Shown piece by piece: positions 8,385-16,831 of a stretch of 51,509 bases of DNA; position 1 is the first letter of the stretch; every line of letters starts with the position of its first letter. Under the pieces are notes generated by a model. The model saw only the letters and a program-made list of their open reading frames with translations. It ran no database searches and was not told the origin of the DNA. The stretch is from Verrucomicrobiota bacterium. GTDB lineage: Bacteria; Verrucomicrobiota; Verrucomicrobiia; Chthoniobacterales; UBA10450. The DNA lies in contig JBKPLD010000089.1 in NCBI GenBank assembly GCA_046731415.1, positions 1 to 51,509 on the forward strand, in the 5' to 3' direction. The position numbers were made by a program, and so were the translations under genes.

Positions 8385-9725
8385 ATGGGCCTGGTGGAGC
8401 AAGTTCTCGAAGTTGTTAAGAAGCGTAATCCCAATGAGCCTGAGTTTCTTCAGGCGGTGACTGAAGTGCTGGAATCGATCCGGCCGGTGATCGAACGTCA
8501 CAAAAAGTACCGAGATGGAAAAATTCTCGAGCGCCTTGTCGAGCCCGAGCGGATGATTCAGTTCCGGGTTCCCTGGATCGATGACAAAGGCCAGATTCAG
8601 GTTAACCGTGGTTTCCGGGTCCAGATGAACAGCGCGCTCGGTCCCTACAAGGGAGGCCTGCGTTTTCATCCGACCGTGTCCGCCAGCATCATCAAGTTCC
8701 TCGCGTTCGAACAAGTCTTTAAGAATTCGCTCACGAATCTGCCGATGGGCGGTGGCAAGGGCGGAGCTGATTTCGATCCAAAAGCGAAATCCGATAACGA
8801 GGTCATGCGCTTTTGCCAATCCTTCATGACCGAACTCTTCCGTCACGTAGGCCCCAACACTGACGTGCCTGCAGGCGATATCGGCGTGGGCGGCCGCGAG
8901 ATCGGGTATCTCTTTGGCCAATACAAACGGCTGGCTAACGAATTTACCGGAGTATTAACCGGCAAGGATCCCAATTGGGGCGGATCACTCATGCGCCCGG
9001 AAGCGACTGGTTACGGCGCTGTGTATTTCGCGCAGGAAATGCTCAAGACCCGTGACCAAACTGTCGAAGGCAAGATTTGCACCGTCTCTGGAGCGGGCAA
9101 CGCCGCGCAATTTACCGTCGAGAAATTGATCGCGTGCGGCGCAAAGCCCGTCACCATGTCCGACTCCGGTGGATTCATTTACGACAAGAATGGCATCACG
9201 CAGGAGAAGCTGGAATGGGTAATGCACCTCAAGAACGTTCGACGCCGCCGAATCAAGGAATATGCCGATCGCTTCCGCGGCACGAAGTACGTGGCGGGTC
9301 AGAGGCCATGGAGCGTCAAGTGTGACTGCGCTTTTCCGTGCGCCACGCAGAACGAAATCACAAAGGATGACGCGGGGAAGCTGATCGACAACGGTTGTTA
9401 TCTTGTCTCCGAGGCGGCAAACATGCCAACAGTCCCCACGGGAGTTGATCTTTTCCTTGAGAAAAAGATTCTGTTCGGTCCGGGTAAAGCGGCAAATGCG
9501 GGGGGCGTCGCGACCTCCGGGCTTGAGATGAGCCAGAACTCAATGCGCCTGCCCTGGCCGCGCGAAGAAGTTGATTCCCGTTTGCGTCACATCATGTCCA
9601 CGATCCATCGAATCGCCTGGGGAACGGCGGAGGAATATGGTCGCCCGGGTAATCTCGTTGTCGGTGCGAACATTGCCGGGTTCGTGAAAGTGGCTAATGC
9701 GATGCTCGATCAAGGCGTCGTGTAA
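8385..9725 (+). CDS. gdhA: NADP-type glutamate dehydrogenase (GdhA class, ~446 aa)
   Basis: The ORF runs 8346-9725. The likely start is ATG 8385 (MGLVEQVLEVVKKRNPNEPEFLQAV, the typical GdhA N-terminus). It has 'RVQMNSALGPYKGGLRFHP' and the catalytic Lys motif 'PMGGGKGGADFDPK'. Confidence 0.93.
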   Translation: MGLVEQVLEVVKKRNPNEPEFLQAVTEVLESIRPVIERHKKYRDGKILERLVEPERMIQFRVPWIDDKGQIQVNRGFRVQMNSALGPYKGGLRFHPTVSASIIKFLAFEQVFKNSLTNLPMGGGKGGADFDPKAKSDNEVMRFCQSFMTELFRHVGPNTDVPAGDIGVGGREIGYLFGQYKRLANEFTGVLTGKDPNWGGSLMRPEATGYGAVYFAQEMLKTRDQTVEGKICTVSGAGNAAQFTVEKLIACGAKPVTMSDSGGFIYDKNGITQEKLEWVMHLKNVRRRRIKEYADRFRGTKYVAGQRPWSVKCDCAFPCATQNEITKDDAGKLIDNGCYLVSEAANMPTVPTGVDLFLEKKILFGPGKAANAGGVATSGLEMSQNSMRLPWPREEVDSRLRHIMSTIHRIAWGTAEEYGRPGNLVVGANIAGFVKVANAMLDQGVV

Positions 9726-9803
9726 AATTCTCAGTAACAAGACGTCCGTTTCGCGCGATTAAATGCAGGCGCGTAAAATTCTGCCGAAACCGAATATTAT
9801 TGT

Positions 9804-10145
9804 ATGAAGACGACCACTGTTGATCAAGCAACTGCGAATGAAACAGAAACCGGATTGAGACGATTGATTCTATTGGTTCTTCTGCTTTCAGCTCTGTTGT
9901 GGGCAGGAGGCTGTGAAGGATATTATTCTGCTTATCCTGGCTACGGCCCTTATTATGGATCCGGTCCGTATTACGCGGGGTATCCCGGCGGCGTCAGCGT
10001 CGCAGTTTACGACAGACCCTATTATGTTCGTGGCCCTGGTTACTGGTCTGGCGGCGCTTATTACGTTTGGAAGCCTGGCCATTGGGTGTGGCGGCATGGT
10101 CAAAAAGTTTGGATTCACGGCCATTACGTTGTGCGAGGATACTAA
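9804..10145 (+). CDS. small Tyr/Gly/Pro/Trp-rich lipoprotein (YXWGXW-repeat type)
   Basis: 113-aa ORF with a lipobox-like 'LLSALLWAGGC'. The mature part is YYSAYPGYGPYYGSGPYYAGYPGG...YYVWKPGHWVWRHGQKVWIHGHYV. Confidence 0.6.
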   Translation: MKTTTVDQATANETETGLRRLILLVLLLSALLWAGGCEGYYSAYPGYGPYYGSGPYYAGYPGGVSVAVYDRPYYVRGPGYWSGGAYYVWKPGHWVWRHGQKVWIHGHYVVRGY

Positions 10146-10181
10146 GCTCTTTCTCTGCAGGGGGGAGGGTGCCTGGGCGCG

Positions 10182-10775
10182 CTACCAAGCCGTGCCCAGT
10201 CCACCTAACAGACCGAGAAAAGCGCCGACAAGCATTTCCGAAAGATCATGGCGCTTCAGATAAAGGCGCGACCAGAAGACCAGCAGGGCCAGTCCGAACG
10301 CTACCGTCCCAGCGACCGGATTAACCACGAACAGGATGATTGCGCTATAGAAAGCAAAAAGCGCGTGCAACGACAACTTGATCCGAAAATTGATCACTGC
10401 AGCGATAATCAGCAACAGCAGCGTTATCATCGCGCCGTGCAATGCGAACGCCGGCGGGCGCAATAGCAAGAGGACAATCACGGCCGCCGTCGAAATTGAA
10501 ATTGCCCATGGATAAAATCGGACGCGTTCAGCGTGGATGGAAACGTCCGGATCGCTCCACCGACCTGATTGGCATCCGCGAAAAAGCAATAGTGCCATCG
10601 GCAAAATCACTGTCACCAACAGAGTCAGCAAAAGCGCCAGACCTGCACGATTAGCGAGGCGCAACGCAATGATAATGGCCACGGAAAGAGTGATGAAAAC
10701 CAGCGGATGTCCAACCCAGGAGACCCATCGCGCAAACACAACAGTCGGCCTGGGATCGATCTTGTCGCGATTCAC
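10182..10775 (-). CDS. polytopic membrane protein, PAP2-like (acid phosphatase superfamily) candidate
   Basis: 197-aa ORF with about 6 hydrophobic helices. 'KLSLHALF' and 'SRLYLKRHDLSEMLVGAFLG' resemble PAP2 motifs C2/C3, though the last acidic residue is shifted. The GTG start overlaps the fahA stop (GTGA). Confidence 0.45.
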   Translation of the reverse strand: MNRDKIDPRPTVVFARWVSWVGHPLVFITLSVAIIIALRLANRAGLALLLTLLVTVILPMALLLFRGCQSGRWSDPDVSIHAERVRFYPWAISISTAAVIVLLLLRPPAFALHGAMITLLLLIIAAVINFRIKLSLHALFAFYSAIILFVVNPVAGTVAFGLALLVFWSRLYLKRHDLSEMLVGAFLGLLGGLGTAW

Positions 10776-12040
10776 TTGTCACTTTTACTTCCCATGATGC
10801 GCCCGCTTACTTCGCCAAAGCCGACTCGATAGCCGTCACCCTGACACCAGCCAGTGATGGTCAATCGGTCACCGTCTTCGAGCCATTTGCGCGTTTCATC
10901 ATTTGGAAGCTTTAACGGATTCGCGCCGCGCCACGTCAGCTCTAACATGCAACCGCGCGATTCTTCAGTTGCTCCGCTGATTGTTCCGCTGGCTAGCAGA
11001 TCGCCGGGTTGCAAATTGCAGCCGTTAATCGTGTGATGAGCGAGTTGTTGGGTAATGCTCCAGTAAAGATTTTGAAAATTGGTGCGCGTGATGACGTGCG
11101 CCGCCTTCATTGATGATGTTTGCAAGCTCGCTTCGAGTTCAATGTCGAACGTGAAATCGTCCTTTGTTCGCAGGTATGGCATCGGTTTGGGATTCTGCGC
11201 CGGCAGCGGTTTTCGGAAAGGCTCGAGCGCCTCCAATGTCACCACCCATGGTGAGATGCTGGTGCAAAAATTCTTCGCCAGGAACGGACCAAGCGGCTGG
11301 TACTCCCATGCCTGAATGTCGCGCGCACTCCAATCGTTCATTAGAACCAAGCCAAAGATATGGTCGAACGCGCGATCAATCGGCACCGGTTCGCCCAACG
11401 AATTTCCCGGGCCGATCAGGAACGCCATTTCCAGCTCGTAGTCGAGGCTCTTTGTCGGACCGAAAGTGGGTGCCGACGCATCGGGTGGCTTGACCTGCCC
11501 TTGTGGCCGACGCACATCGGTGCCGCTGATTACAACTGAACTGGCGCGTCCGTGATACGCTACAGGCAACCATTTCCAATTTGGCATCAGCGCGTTTTCC
11601 GGCCCACGCAACATTGAGCCGACGTTGTGCGCATGGTGATACGACGAATAGAAATCAGTGTAATTCGCAATACGCACTGGCAGTTTCATGGTCACGGTCT
11701 TTTGCGCCTGAAAGACCCGCGCCCGCAGCCTGGCGTTATCACGCAGAATCGGCGTTTTAGACGAGAGAAGACGTTGAAGGACTGCGCGCGCCTTGCGCCA
11801 TGCCGGACGACCGAGCGCAAGGAACGCATTGAGCGAATCTTCTGAAAAAGGTTTTCGGCCCTGAAATTCCGGGGAGCGGAAATGGCCGAGTTCTTCGAGA
11901 ACAGAAAGATCGACGATCAAATCGCCAATGGCGACTCCAGCGCGCGGTTTGCCTCCTTTCGGCTGAAAGATGCCGAAGGGAAGATTTTGTATCGGAAAAT
12001 GCGAATCAGGCGAAACGTCGATGAATGATTTGAGTGACAT
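10772..12040 (-). CDS. fahA: fumarylacetoacetase (fumarylacetoacetate hydrolase)
   Basis: 422-aa ORF. The N-terminus 'SFIDVSPDSHFPIQNLPFGIF' and 'DYELEMAFLIGPGN' are characteristic of eukaryote-like FAH. Confidence 0.93.
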   Translation of the reverse strand: MSLKSFIDVSPDSHFPIQNLPFGIFQPKGGKPRAGVAIGDLIVDLSVLEELGHFRSPEFQGRKPFSEDSLNAFLALGRPAWRKARAVLQRLLSSKTPILRDNARLRARVFQAQKTVTMKLPVRIANYTDFYSSYHHAHNVGSMLRGPENALMPNWKWLPVAYHGRASSVVISGTDVRRPQGQVKPPDASAPTFGPTKSLDYELEMAFLIGPGNSLGEPVPIDRAFDHIFGLVLMNDWSARDIQAWEYQPLGPFLAKNFCTSISPWVVTLEALEPFRKPLPAQNPKPMPYLRTKDDFTFDIELEASLQTSSMKAAHVITRTNFQNLYWSITQQLAHHTINGCNLQPGDLLASGTISGATEESRGCMLELTWRGANPLKLPNDETRKWLEDGDRLTITGWCQGDGYRVGFGEVSGRIMGSKSDK

Positions 12041-12045
12041 TTTAG

Positions 12046-12163
12046 CTGTAGCGGCGCTCTATGAGCGCCGAGACCAAGTGATGCAATTTTGTAAGTTGGG
12101 CATTTGAGAAGGCAAGTTACAAACTAGCGCTAGATCATTCGGCGGTCATGACCGCCGCTACAG
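12046..12163. repeat. palindromic intergenic element, family B (118 bp)
   Basis: The sequence is ctgtagcggcgctctatgagcgccg...cggcggtcatgaccgccgctacag. The outer ends pair (ctgtagcg/cgctacag) and each arm is itself a hairpin. The right end supplies the stop codon of the 12158-13072 ORF. Confidence 0.8.
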
Positions 12164-13072
12164 CAACTTTAGCGCGCGCAAATCGTCGCGCGGCTCATCG
12201 AAGCTGCAACTTCCAAAGGAGACAACGAATTTTCGCCGATATTGCAGACGTTTAATATCGATCCGCCATTCGCGCCACGCGAAAAAATCGTCAGTGAACG
12301 AAAACGAATCCACATTTTCGTCTTCGAGCATCATCGCAGTTTGATTGGTGTCCCAACGATGCTCCGCAGCCAGCATCGCTGCACCGAGGACATTCAGGAA
12401 ACCGTGCATCTTCGTTTGGACTTCGTCTCGGTATTGGCGCCGCGGATGATGGAGACCCGCCGTAAACTTTATTGGCACTTGATGCGTGGCCGGAGTTACG
12501 AGTGCTTTGGCAATTTGCATTGAAGTTGGAAACGCATCCGCAGTTACGCCACCGGTACGCAGTTTGTAACCAAAGGTCGCTGAGTCAGCATCAGAGTTAA
12601 ATTCGGAGAGCAACGCGATGGCCTGTTCTGCTCTGTCTGGCGGTGCCTCCCAGAAAACCGGCAAATCGCCGAGAATCGATTTCGCTTCCTTCAGCAAAGC
12701 GATGTCGACGTCGTGCGGCAAAAACATCTCAAGATGACTGATCGATACGAGATCGACGTTGTGTCTCGATAACGAGCGAATCGCAGCGTCCGCATCATCG
12801 AGCGCTTCAAGAAAAGCATCGACGCTGGCAGTCTTTGGTCCGAGCGCGGCGACGCGAAGTGGATGTTGAGCATCAAATTCCGACAGGAGTTGTCTCGTCG
12901 CATCGAACTGTTCAGTGGAGAGAACGAATGCGCCAAGCATCCACGCGTCCGGAGAACGGACGTATTCAGCCTGATTTCTTAACGCCGGTTCGAGCCTGAG
13001 ACTACAGGGCGGAAACATTCCCGCATAATCCACTGAGTGCGCGAGCAAGGTACGAAGTGAATCGGCCGGCAT
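12158..13072 (-). CDS. conserved hypothetical protein (function unknown)
   Basis: 304-aa ORF with coding-like composition and no recognisable catalytic family. Notable strings are 'DYAGMFPP', 'GYKLRTGG' and 'KFTAGLHHPRR'. Confidence 0.6.
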   Translation of the reverse strand: MPADSLRTLLAHSVDYAGMFPPCSLRLEPALRNQAEYVRSPDAWMLGAFVLSTEQFDATRQLLSEFDAQHPLRVAALGPKTASVDAFLEALDDADAAIRSLSRHNVDLVSISHLEMFLPHDVDIALLKEAKSILGDLPVFWEAPPDRAEQAIALLSEFNSDADSATFGYKLRTGGVTADAFPTSMQIAKALVTPATHQVPIKFTAGLHHPRRQYRDEVQTKMHGFLNVLGAAMLAAEHRWDTNQTAMMLEDENVDSFSFTDDFFAWREWRIDIKRLQYRRKFVVSFGSCSFDEPRDDLRALKLL

Positions 13073-13104
13073 ATTGGTCGATGGTTAATCGTCAGTTAGC
13101 CGGG

Positions 13105-14052
13105 CTAATCACTAGAGGCAAGTTCTGGCGCCATATCGAAAGACGCGCGCAAGACATCGCCGGGAGCGATTGTTTGAATCCCTTCCTTGTCTTCAAAGGC
13201 CCGTTGTTGATGATGGTCAGTGAGTCCCCAGCATGGTTCAATGCAAAGGAACGGACCACCGTCCGACCACAAGGTCAGGTACGGCACTCCGGTTAAATCG
13301 AGGGTGACCCAGCGGCCACTGGGAGGATCGACATAGGAAAATTGGCGGCGCGGTACGTCCAGAAGCTCGAGAATGACGGAACCGGGCAACTCGGTTTTGG
13401 AAAACGGCATCTCGCCGCCGGCAAACTCAATATCACGCGTCTGCCCCGAAAGATAATTTCCCGGCGAAAAATGCCGCCTGTAAAGACCTCGAGGCATTTG
13501 CAGGTGAAAAGTTTCAAAGGACGCCGCCGCGAATCCTGGATGCAACCCGAATGAAATGTGCGCATCCAGCTCGGACTCCTCGTTTCGAAACTCGAAAAGT
13601 ACGCCGACTTTATTCGCGTCGATCGTGTAGGTAAGATTCACACTGACTTTCAGCGGATATTCATTCGGTGAGAAATCATTCGGCGTTATCGAATACTGCA
13701 ATGACGCGCCGCTTCCCTGAAGAGAAGTTCCGGTGAAGTGCCACCTTTTGGAGCGGAGGAATCCGTGATTGCCGCCTTTGATCTCTCGTCCTCGGTACAA
13801 ACTGTGTCCGTCTTTAAGTCGATGGAGATAGTAACCCATAACGGTCGCATGATTCGCCCAGCCCTGAGGCGGCGTCGACAGATCGTTATCGCGATAAAGA
13901 AAACCGACCCATTCCCCTTCCTCGTTCACTCTGGCAAGACTGATTAATTCTGCGCCCGGGCGGGAAACAATGATCCGCAGGCCGTTCTCCTCATCGGTCA
14001 GGGCGTCGAGATGCTTTTCCTCGCGGTCTTCTTCGCTGTGCGAGAACTTCAT
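13105..14052 (-). CDS. aldose 1-epimerase (galactose mutarotase-like) family protein
   Basis: 315-aa ORF with 'NHGFLRSKRWHF' and 'SFGLHPGF', which match mutarotase-fold His motifs. Confidence 0.7.
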   Translation of the reverse strand: MKFSHSEEDREEKHLDALTDEENGLRIIVSRPGAELISLARVNEEGEWVGFLYRDNDLSTPPQGWANHATVMGYYLHRLKDGHSLYRGREIKGGNHGFLRSKRWHFTGTSLQGSGASLQYSITPNDFSPNEYPLKVSVNLTYTIDANKVGVLFEFRNEESELDAHISFGLHPGFAAASFETFHLQMPRGLYRRHFSPGNYLSGQTRDIEFAGGEMPFSKTELPGSVILELLDVPRRQFSYVDPPSGRWVTLDLTGVPYLTLWSDGGPFLCIEPCWGLTDHHQQRAFEDKEGIQTIAPGDVLRASFDMAPELASSD

Positions 14053-14079
14053 CGTGGTGACTTTGCAGGCGATTTTCGC

Positions 14080-14185
14080 CCCTCCCTTCGCAAGGGAGAG
14101 GGCTAGAGTGAGGGTTTAGTCTTACTGTCCACGAGTGTCGTCGATCCCCTCACCTCAATCCTCTCCCCTTCGCCAACGGGAGAGG
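14080..14185. repeat. ~35-bp imperfect inverted repeat pair (GGGAGAGG..TGAGGG type) with nested hairpins
   Basis: The left arm is ccctcccttcgcaagggagagggctagagtgaggg. The right arm is ccctcacctcaatcctctccccttcgccaacgggagagg, approximately the reverse complement of the left. The arms are separated by a ~32-nt spacer. Confidence 0.7.
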
Positions 14186-14220
14186 CGGTTTGTTCGGCAC
14201 GTTAGTAGTGTACCGCGAAT

Positions 14221-15483
14221 TCACGGGAACAGGCCGCGCATCTTTTTAGCTTTAAGAACGCGCTCGACACCAATGGCCATGGCCGCTGTGCGATGAGAAA
14301 TCTTGTGCGCTTTTGCGCGTTTGATTACCTGCGCAAAGGAATGCTCCAGGATGCGGAAAAGCTTGTCAGTCACTTCCATCTCCGTCCACAGATAGGATTG
14401 CAGGCCCTGCACCCACTCAAAGTAGGAAACAATCACGCCGCCTGCGTTGCATAAAATGTCCGGGATCACAAAGATTTCGTCCCATCGCTTTTCCAAGATC
14501 AGGTCGGCTTCAGGCGTGGTTGGTCCATTGGCAGCTTCGGCGAGGATTCGGCATTTGAGTTGGCCGGCGTTCTTTCCGTTAATGACGCGATCGACTGCTG
14601 CCGGCACGAGGATGTCGCACGGCTTGGTGAGCAGTTCGTTCGGGTCGACATGATCATCCTGGGCGAAGGCCCGCAAAGTCCCCTTCTTAAAAATGTGCTG
14701 TTCGGCGGCTTGGATATCTATTCCTTTCGGGTTGTAGATCGCCGCATGTGCGTCGCTGATACCAATAACCTTGACGCCAGTCTTGTAGCCAAGGGAGAGA
14801 GCCGCCACTGAACCGACATTGCCGAATCCCTGTACGATAGCAGTGCATTTTTCGGGATCCATTTTGAGCATGTTCATTGCGCGCTCGATCAAGTAAACCA
14901 CACCGCGGCCGGTTGCCTCGCGGCGGCCTTCTGTTCCGCCGATGGCGACCGGTTTGCCGGTTACGATTTCACTCACGGAATACCCTTGATGAACCGAGTA
15001 GGTATCCATGAACCAAGCCATGACCTGCTCATTCGTACCCATGTCCGGGCCCATGATGTCGGTATGCGGTCCGACAAAGGGAATCATCTCCTGCATATAA
15101 CGTCGGGAAACCGCTTCCAACTCAGTGCGGGACAATTTCGCAGGATCCACTGCGACCCCGCCTTTCGCTCCGCCGTACGGCAAATTGGACAGCGCACATT
15201 TCCAGCTCATCCACATGGCCAGTGCGGCCGTTTCGCCCATGGAGAGAGACGGAGCGAAGCGAGTTCCTCCCTTTGTCGGGCCAAGCGTCAAATGATGTTG
15301 AACGCGGTAACCCTGGAAAGTTCTGGTGCTGCCGTCATCCATGTGCACTGGAAGGGTCACGGCAATGGCGCGTTTTGGAAACATCAAGCGCTCGCGATCG
15401 TTCTTATCGATACTCAAGTAATCGGCAATGACCTGAAATTGATCACACGCCATTCGAAACACGTCGTCGTTGTAGATACTCAT
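14221..15483 (-). CDS. Glu/Leu/Phe/Val dehydrogenase family, ~420-aa glutamate dehydrogenase type
   Basis: 420-aa ORF with 'GYRVQHHLTLGPTKGGTRF' and 'PYGGAKGGVAVDP' (catalytic Lys) and the Rossmann motif 'VQGFGNVG'. Confidence 0.92.
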   Translation of the reverse strand: MSIYNDDVFRMACDQFQVIADYLSIDKNDRERLMFPKRAIAVTLPVHMDDGSTRTFQGYRVQHHLTLGPTKGGTRFAPSLSMGETAALAMWMSWKCALSNLPYGGAKGGVAVDPAKLSRTELEAVSRRYMQEMIPFVGPHTDIMGPDMGTNEQVMAWFMDTYSVHQGYSVSEIVTGKPVAIGGTEGRREATGRGVVYLIERAMNMLKMDPEKCTAIVQGFGNVGSVAALSLGYKTGVKVIGISDAHAAIYNPKGIDIQAAEQHIFKKGTLRAFAQDDHVDPNELLTKPCDILVPAAVDRVINGKNAGQLKCRILAEAANGPTTPEADLILEKRWDEIFVIPDILCNAGGVIVSYFEWVQGLQSYLWTEMEVTDKLFRILEHSFAQVIKRAKAHKISHRTAAMAIGVERVLKAKKMRGLFP

Positions 15484-15657
15484 GAAATAAATACGCTAGC
15501 TAGACTGGTCGGTCGCCAAATGCAGTTGCTATTTGGTGCTGGGCAAAAGGAGCCGTCAACCGCGAAACCGTTCGTGAGTTAACCCCGAAAGCCGCAACAC
15601 CATAAGTTCGACAACCGCATTTGCAACCCGTAGCGTCCGTTCGAAAAATTAACTACA

Positions 15658-16773
15658 ATGAGAATTGAGACCATAGCAGTCCATGCGGGCCATACTGTTG
15701 ATCCGGCGACCGGGGCGGTTTCGTTGCCGATTCATCTTTCAACTACCTTCGAGCGAGATGCGGAGGGCACGTACTCGCGCGGGTTCATGTACACGCGCAA
15801 CAACAATCCAAACCGCCAGACACTGGAACAGGGAATCAGCGCGCTGGAAGGCGGCGCAGCCGCCGCAGCTTTCGCATCTGGGACGGGTGCAAGCATGTCC
15901 ATCTTTCAGGCACTTGCGCCCGGCGATCACGTCCTCGCGCACGCCGATGCGTACTACGGAACATCGCGGTTACTGCGAGAAATTTTCCAGCGCTGGGGAC
16001 TCGACATTAGCTTCGTCGATATGAGCGATCTTAGCTCCGTTGAAAAGGCGCTGCGCTCGAAGACAAAGCTGGCCTGGATGGAAACCCCATCCAATCCGCT
16101 GCTAAAAATTGTCGATCTTGAGGCTGTTACGCAGATTGTCCACGAAGCGGGGGCGATCTGCGTTTGCGATAACACGTGGGCGCCAACGCTGCAGCGGCCA
16201 TTCGATGTGGGTGCGGATTTGGTCCTGCATTCCACCACAAAATATTTCGGCGGCCATTGCGACGTTCTCGGTGGAATAGTCGTTGCGAAAGTTGAGAGCG
16301 ATTTGTTCGAACGTATCCGCGGTATTCAATACGAGGGCGGAGCAGTCCCCTCGCCTTTTGATTGCTGGCTGATACTGCGCGGAATGCGCACCCTACCATG
16401 GCGGATGCGCGCGCATTCGGAAAACGCGGTGAAAGTCGCCGATTTCCTTTCAGGACATCGAAAGGTGACACGCGTCCATTATCCTGGATTGAAGTCGCAT
16501 CCTGGACATGAGATTGCTGCAAAACAGATGTCGATGTTTGGCGGAATGCTCTCTTTTGAGGTTAAGAATGGACGTGACGCAGCAATGTCAGTCGCCGCCA
16601 AAACGAAAATCTTTACCCGGGCGACGAGTCTCGGCGGAGTGGAGAGCCTGATTGAACACCGAGCATCGATTGAGGGCGCTGGGACAACTTCACCCGAAGG
16701 TCTCTTGCGAGTATCAATCGGCCTCGAGAATGCGGATGACTTAATCGAAGATCTCGATCAGGCGTTGTTGTAG
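15658..16773 (+). CDS. PLP-dependent trans-sulfuration enzyme (cystathionine gamma-synthase/beta-lyase/gamma-lyase family)
   Basis: 371-aa ORF with 'YTRNNNPNR' and the PLP-Lys motif 'HSTTKYFGGHCDVLGG'. The stop codon TAG (16771-16773) lies inside the repeat at 16768. Confidence 0.9.
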   Translation: MRIETIAVHAGHTVDPATGAVSLPIHLSTTFERDAEGTYSRGFMYTRNNNPNRQTLEQGISALEGGAAAAAFASGTGASMSIFQALAPGDHVLAHADAYYGTSRLLREIFQRWGLDISFVDMSDLSSVEKALRSKTKLAWMETPSNPLLKIVDLEAVTQIVHEAGAICVCDNTWAPTLQRPFDVGADLVLHSTTKYFGGHCDVLGGIVVAKVESDLFERIRGIQYEGGAVPSPFDCWLILRGMRTLPWRMRAHSENAVKVADFLSGHRKVTRVHYPGLKSHPGHEIAAKQMSMFGGMLSFEVKNGRDAAMSVAAKTKIFTRATSLGGVESLIEHRASIEGAGTTSPEGLLRVSIGLENADDLIEDLDQALL

Positions 16774-16831
16774 AGGTGCTTGTGCCAGGCGCCGATCTTT
16801 TCTCGGGCGTTTGATACAAACGCCTCTACAA
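16768..16831. repeat. palindromic element, family B variant; candidate bidirectional terminator
   Basis: The sequence is ttgtagaggtgcttgtgccaggcgcc...gggcgtttgatacaaacgcctctacaa. The TTGTAG and CTACAA ends contain the stop codons of the two convergent flanking genes. Confidence 0.75.

Noticed and set aside
8292-8921. 209-aa minus-strand ORF overlapping the 5' half of gdhA
   Set aside because: It is antisense to a confidently identified gene, its composition is typical of GC-rich antisense frames, and I saw no recognisable motifs.
14986-15582. 198-aa plus-strand ORF over the 5' part of the 420-aa dehydrogenase gene
   Set aside because: It is an Arg/His-rich antisense shadow ORF with no domain signature.
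15484-15657. SAM/SAH-type riboswitch in the 174-nt leader of the trans-sulfuration gene
   Set aside because: I could not identify any SAM-I, SAM-II or SAH consensus elements. The complementary segments (aaatgc/gcattt, gttgc/gcaac) are not nested into a convincing fold. A covariance-model scan would be needed.
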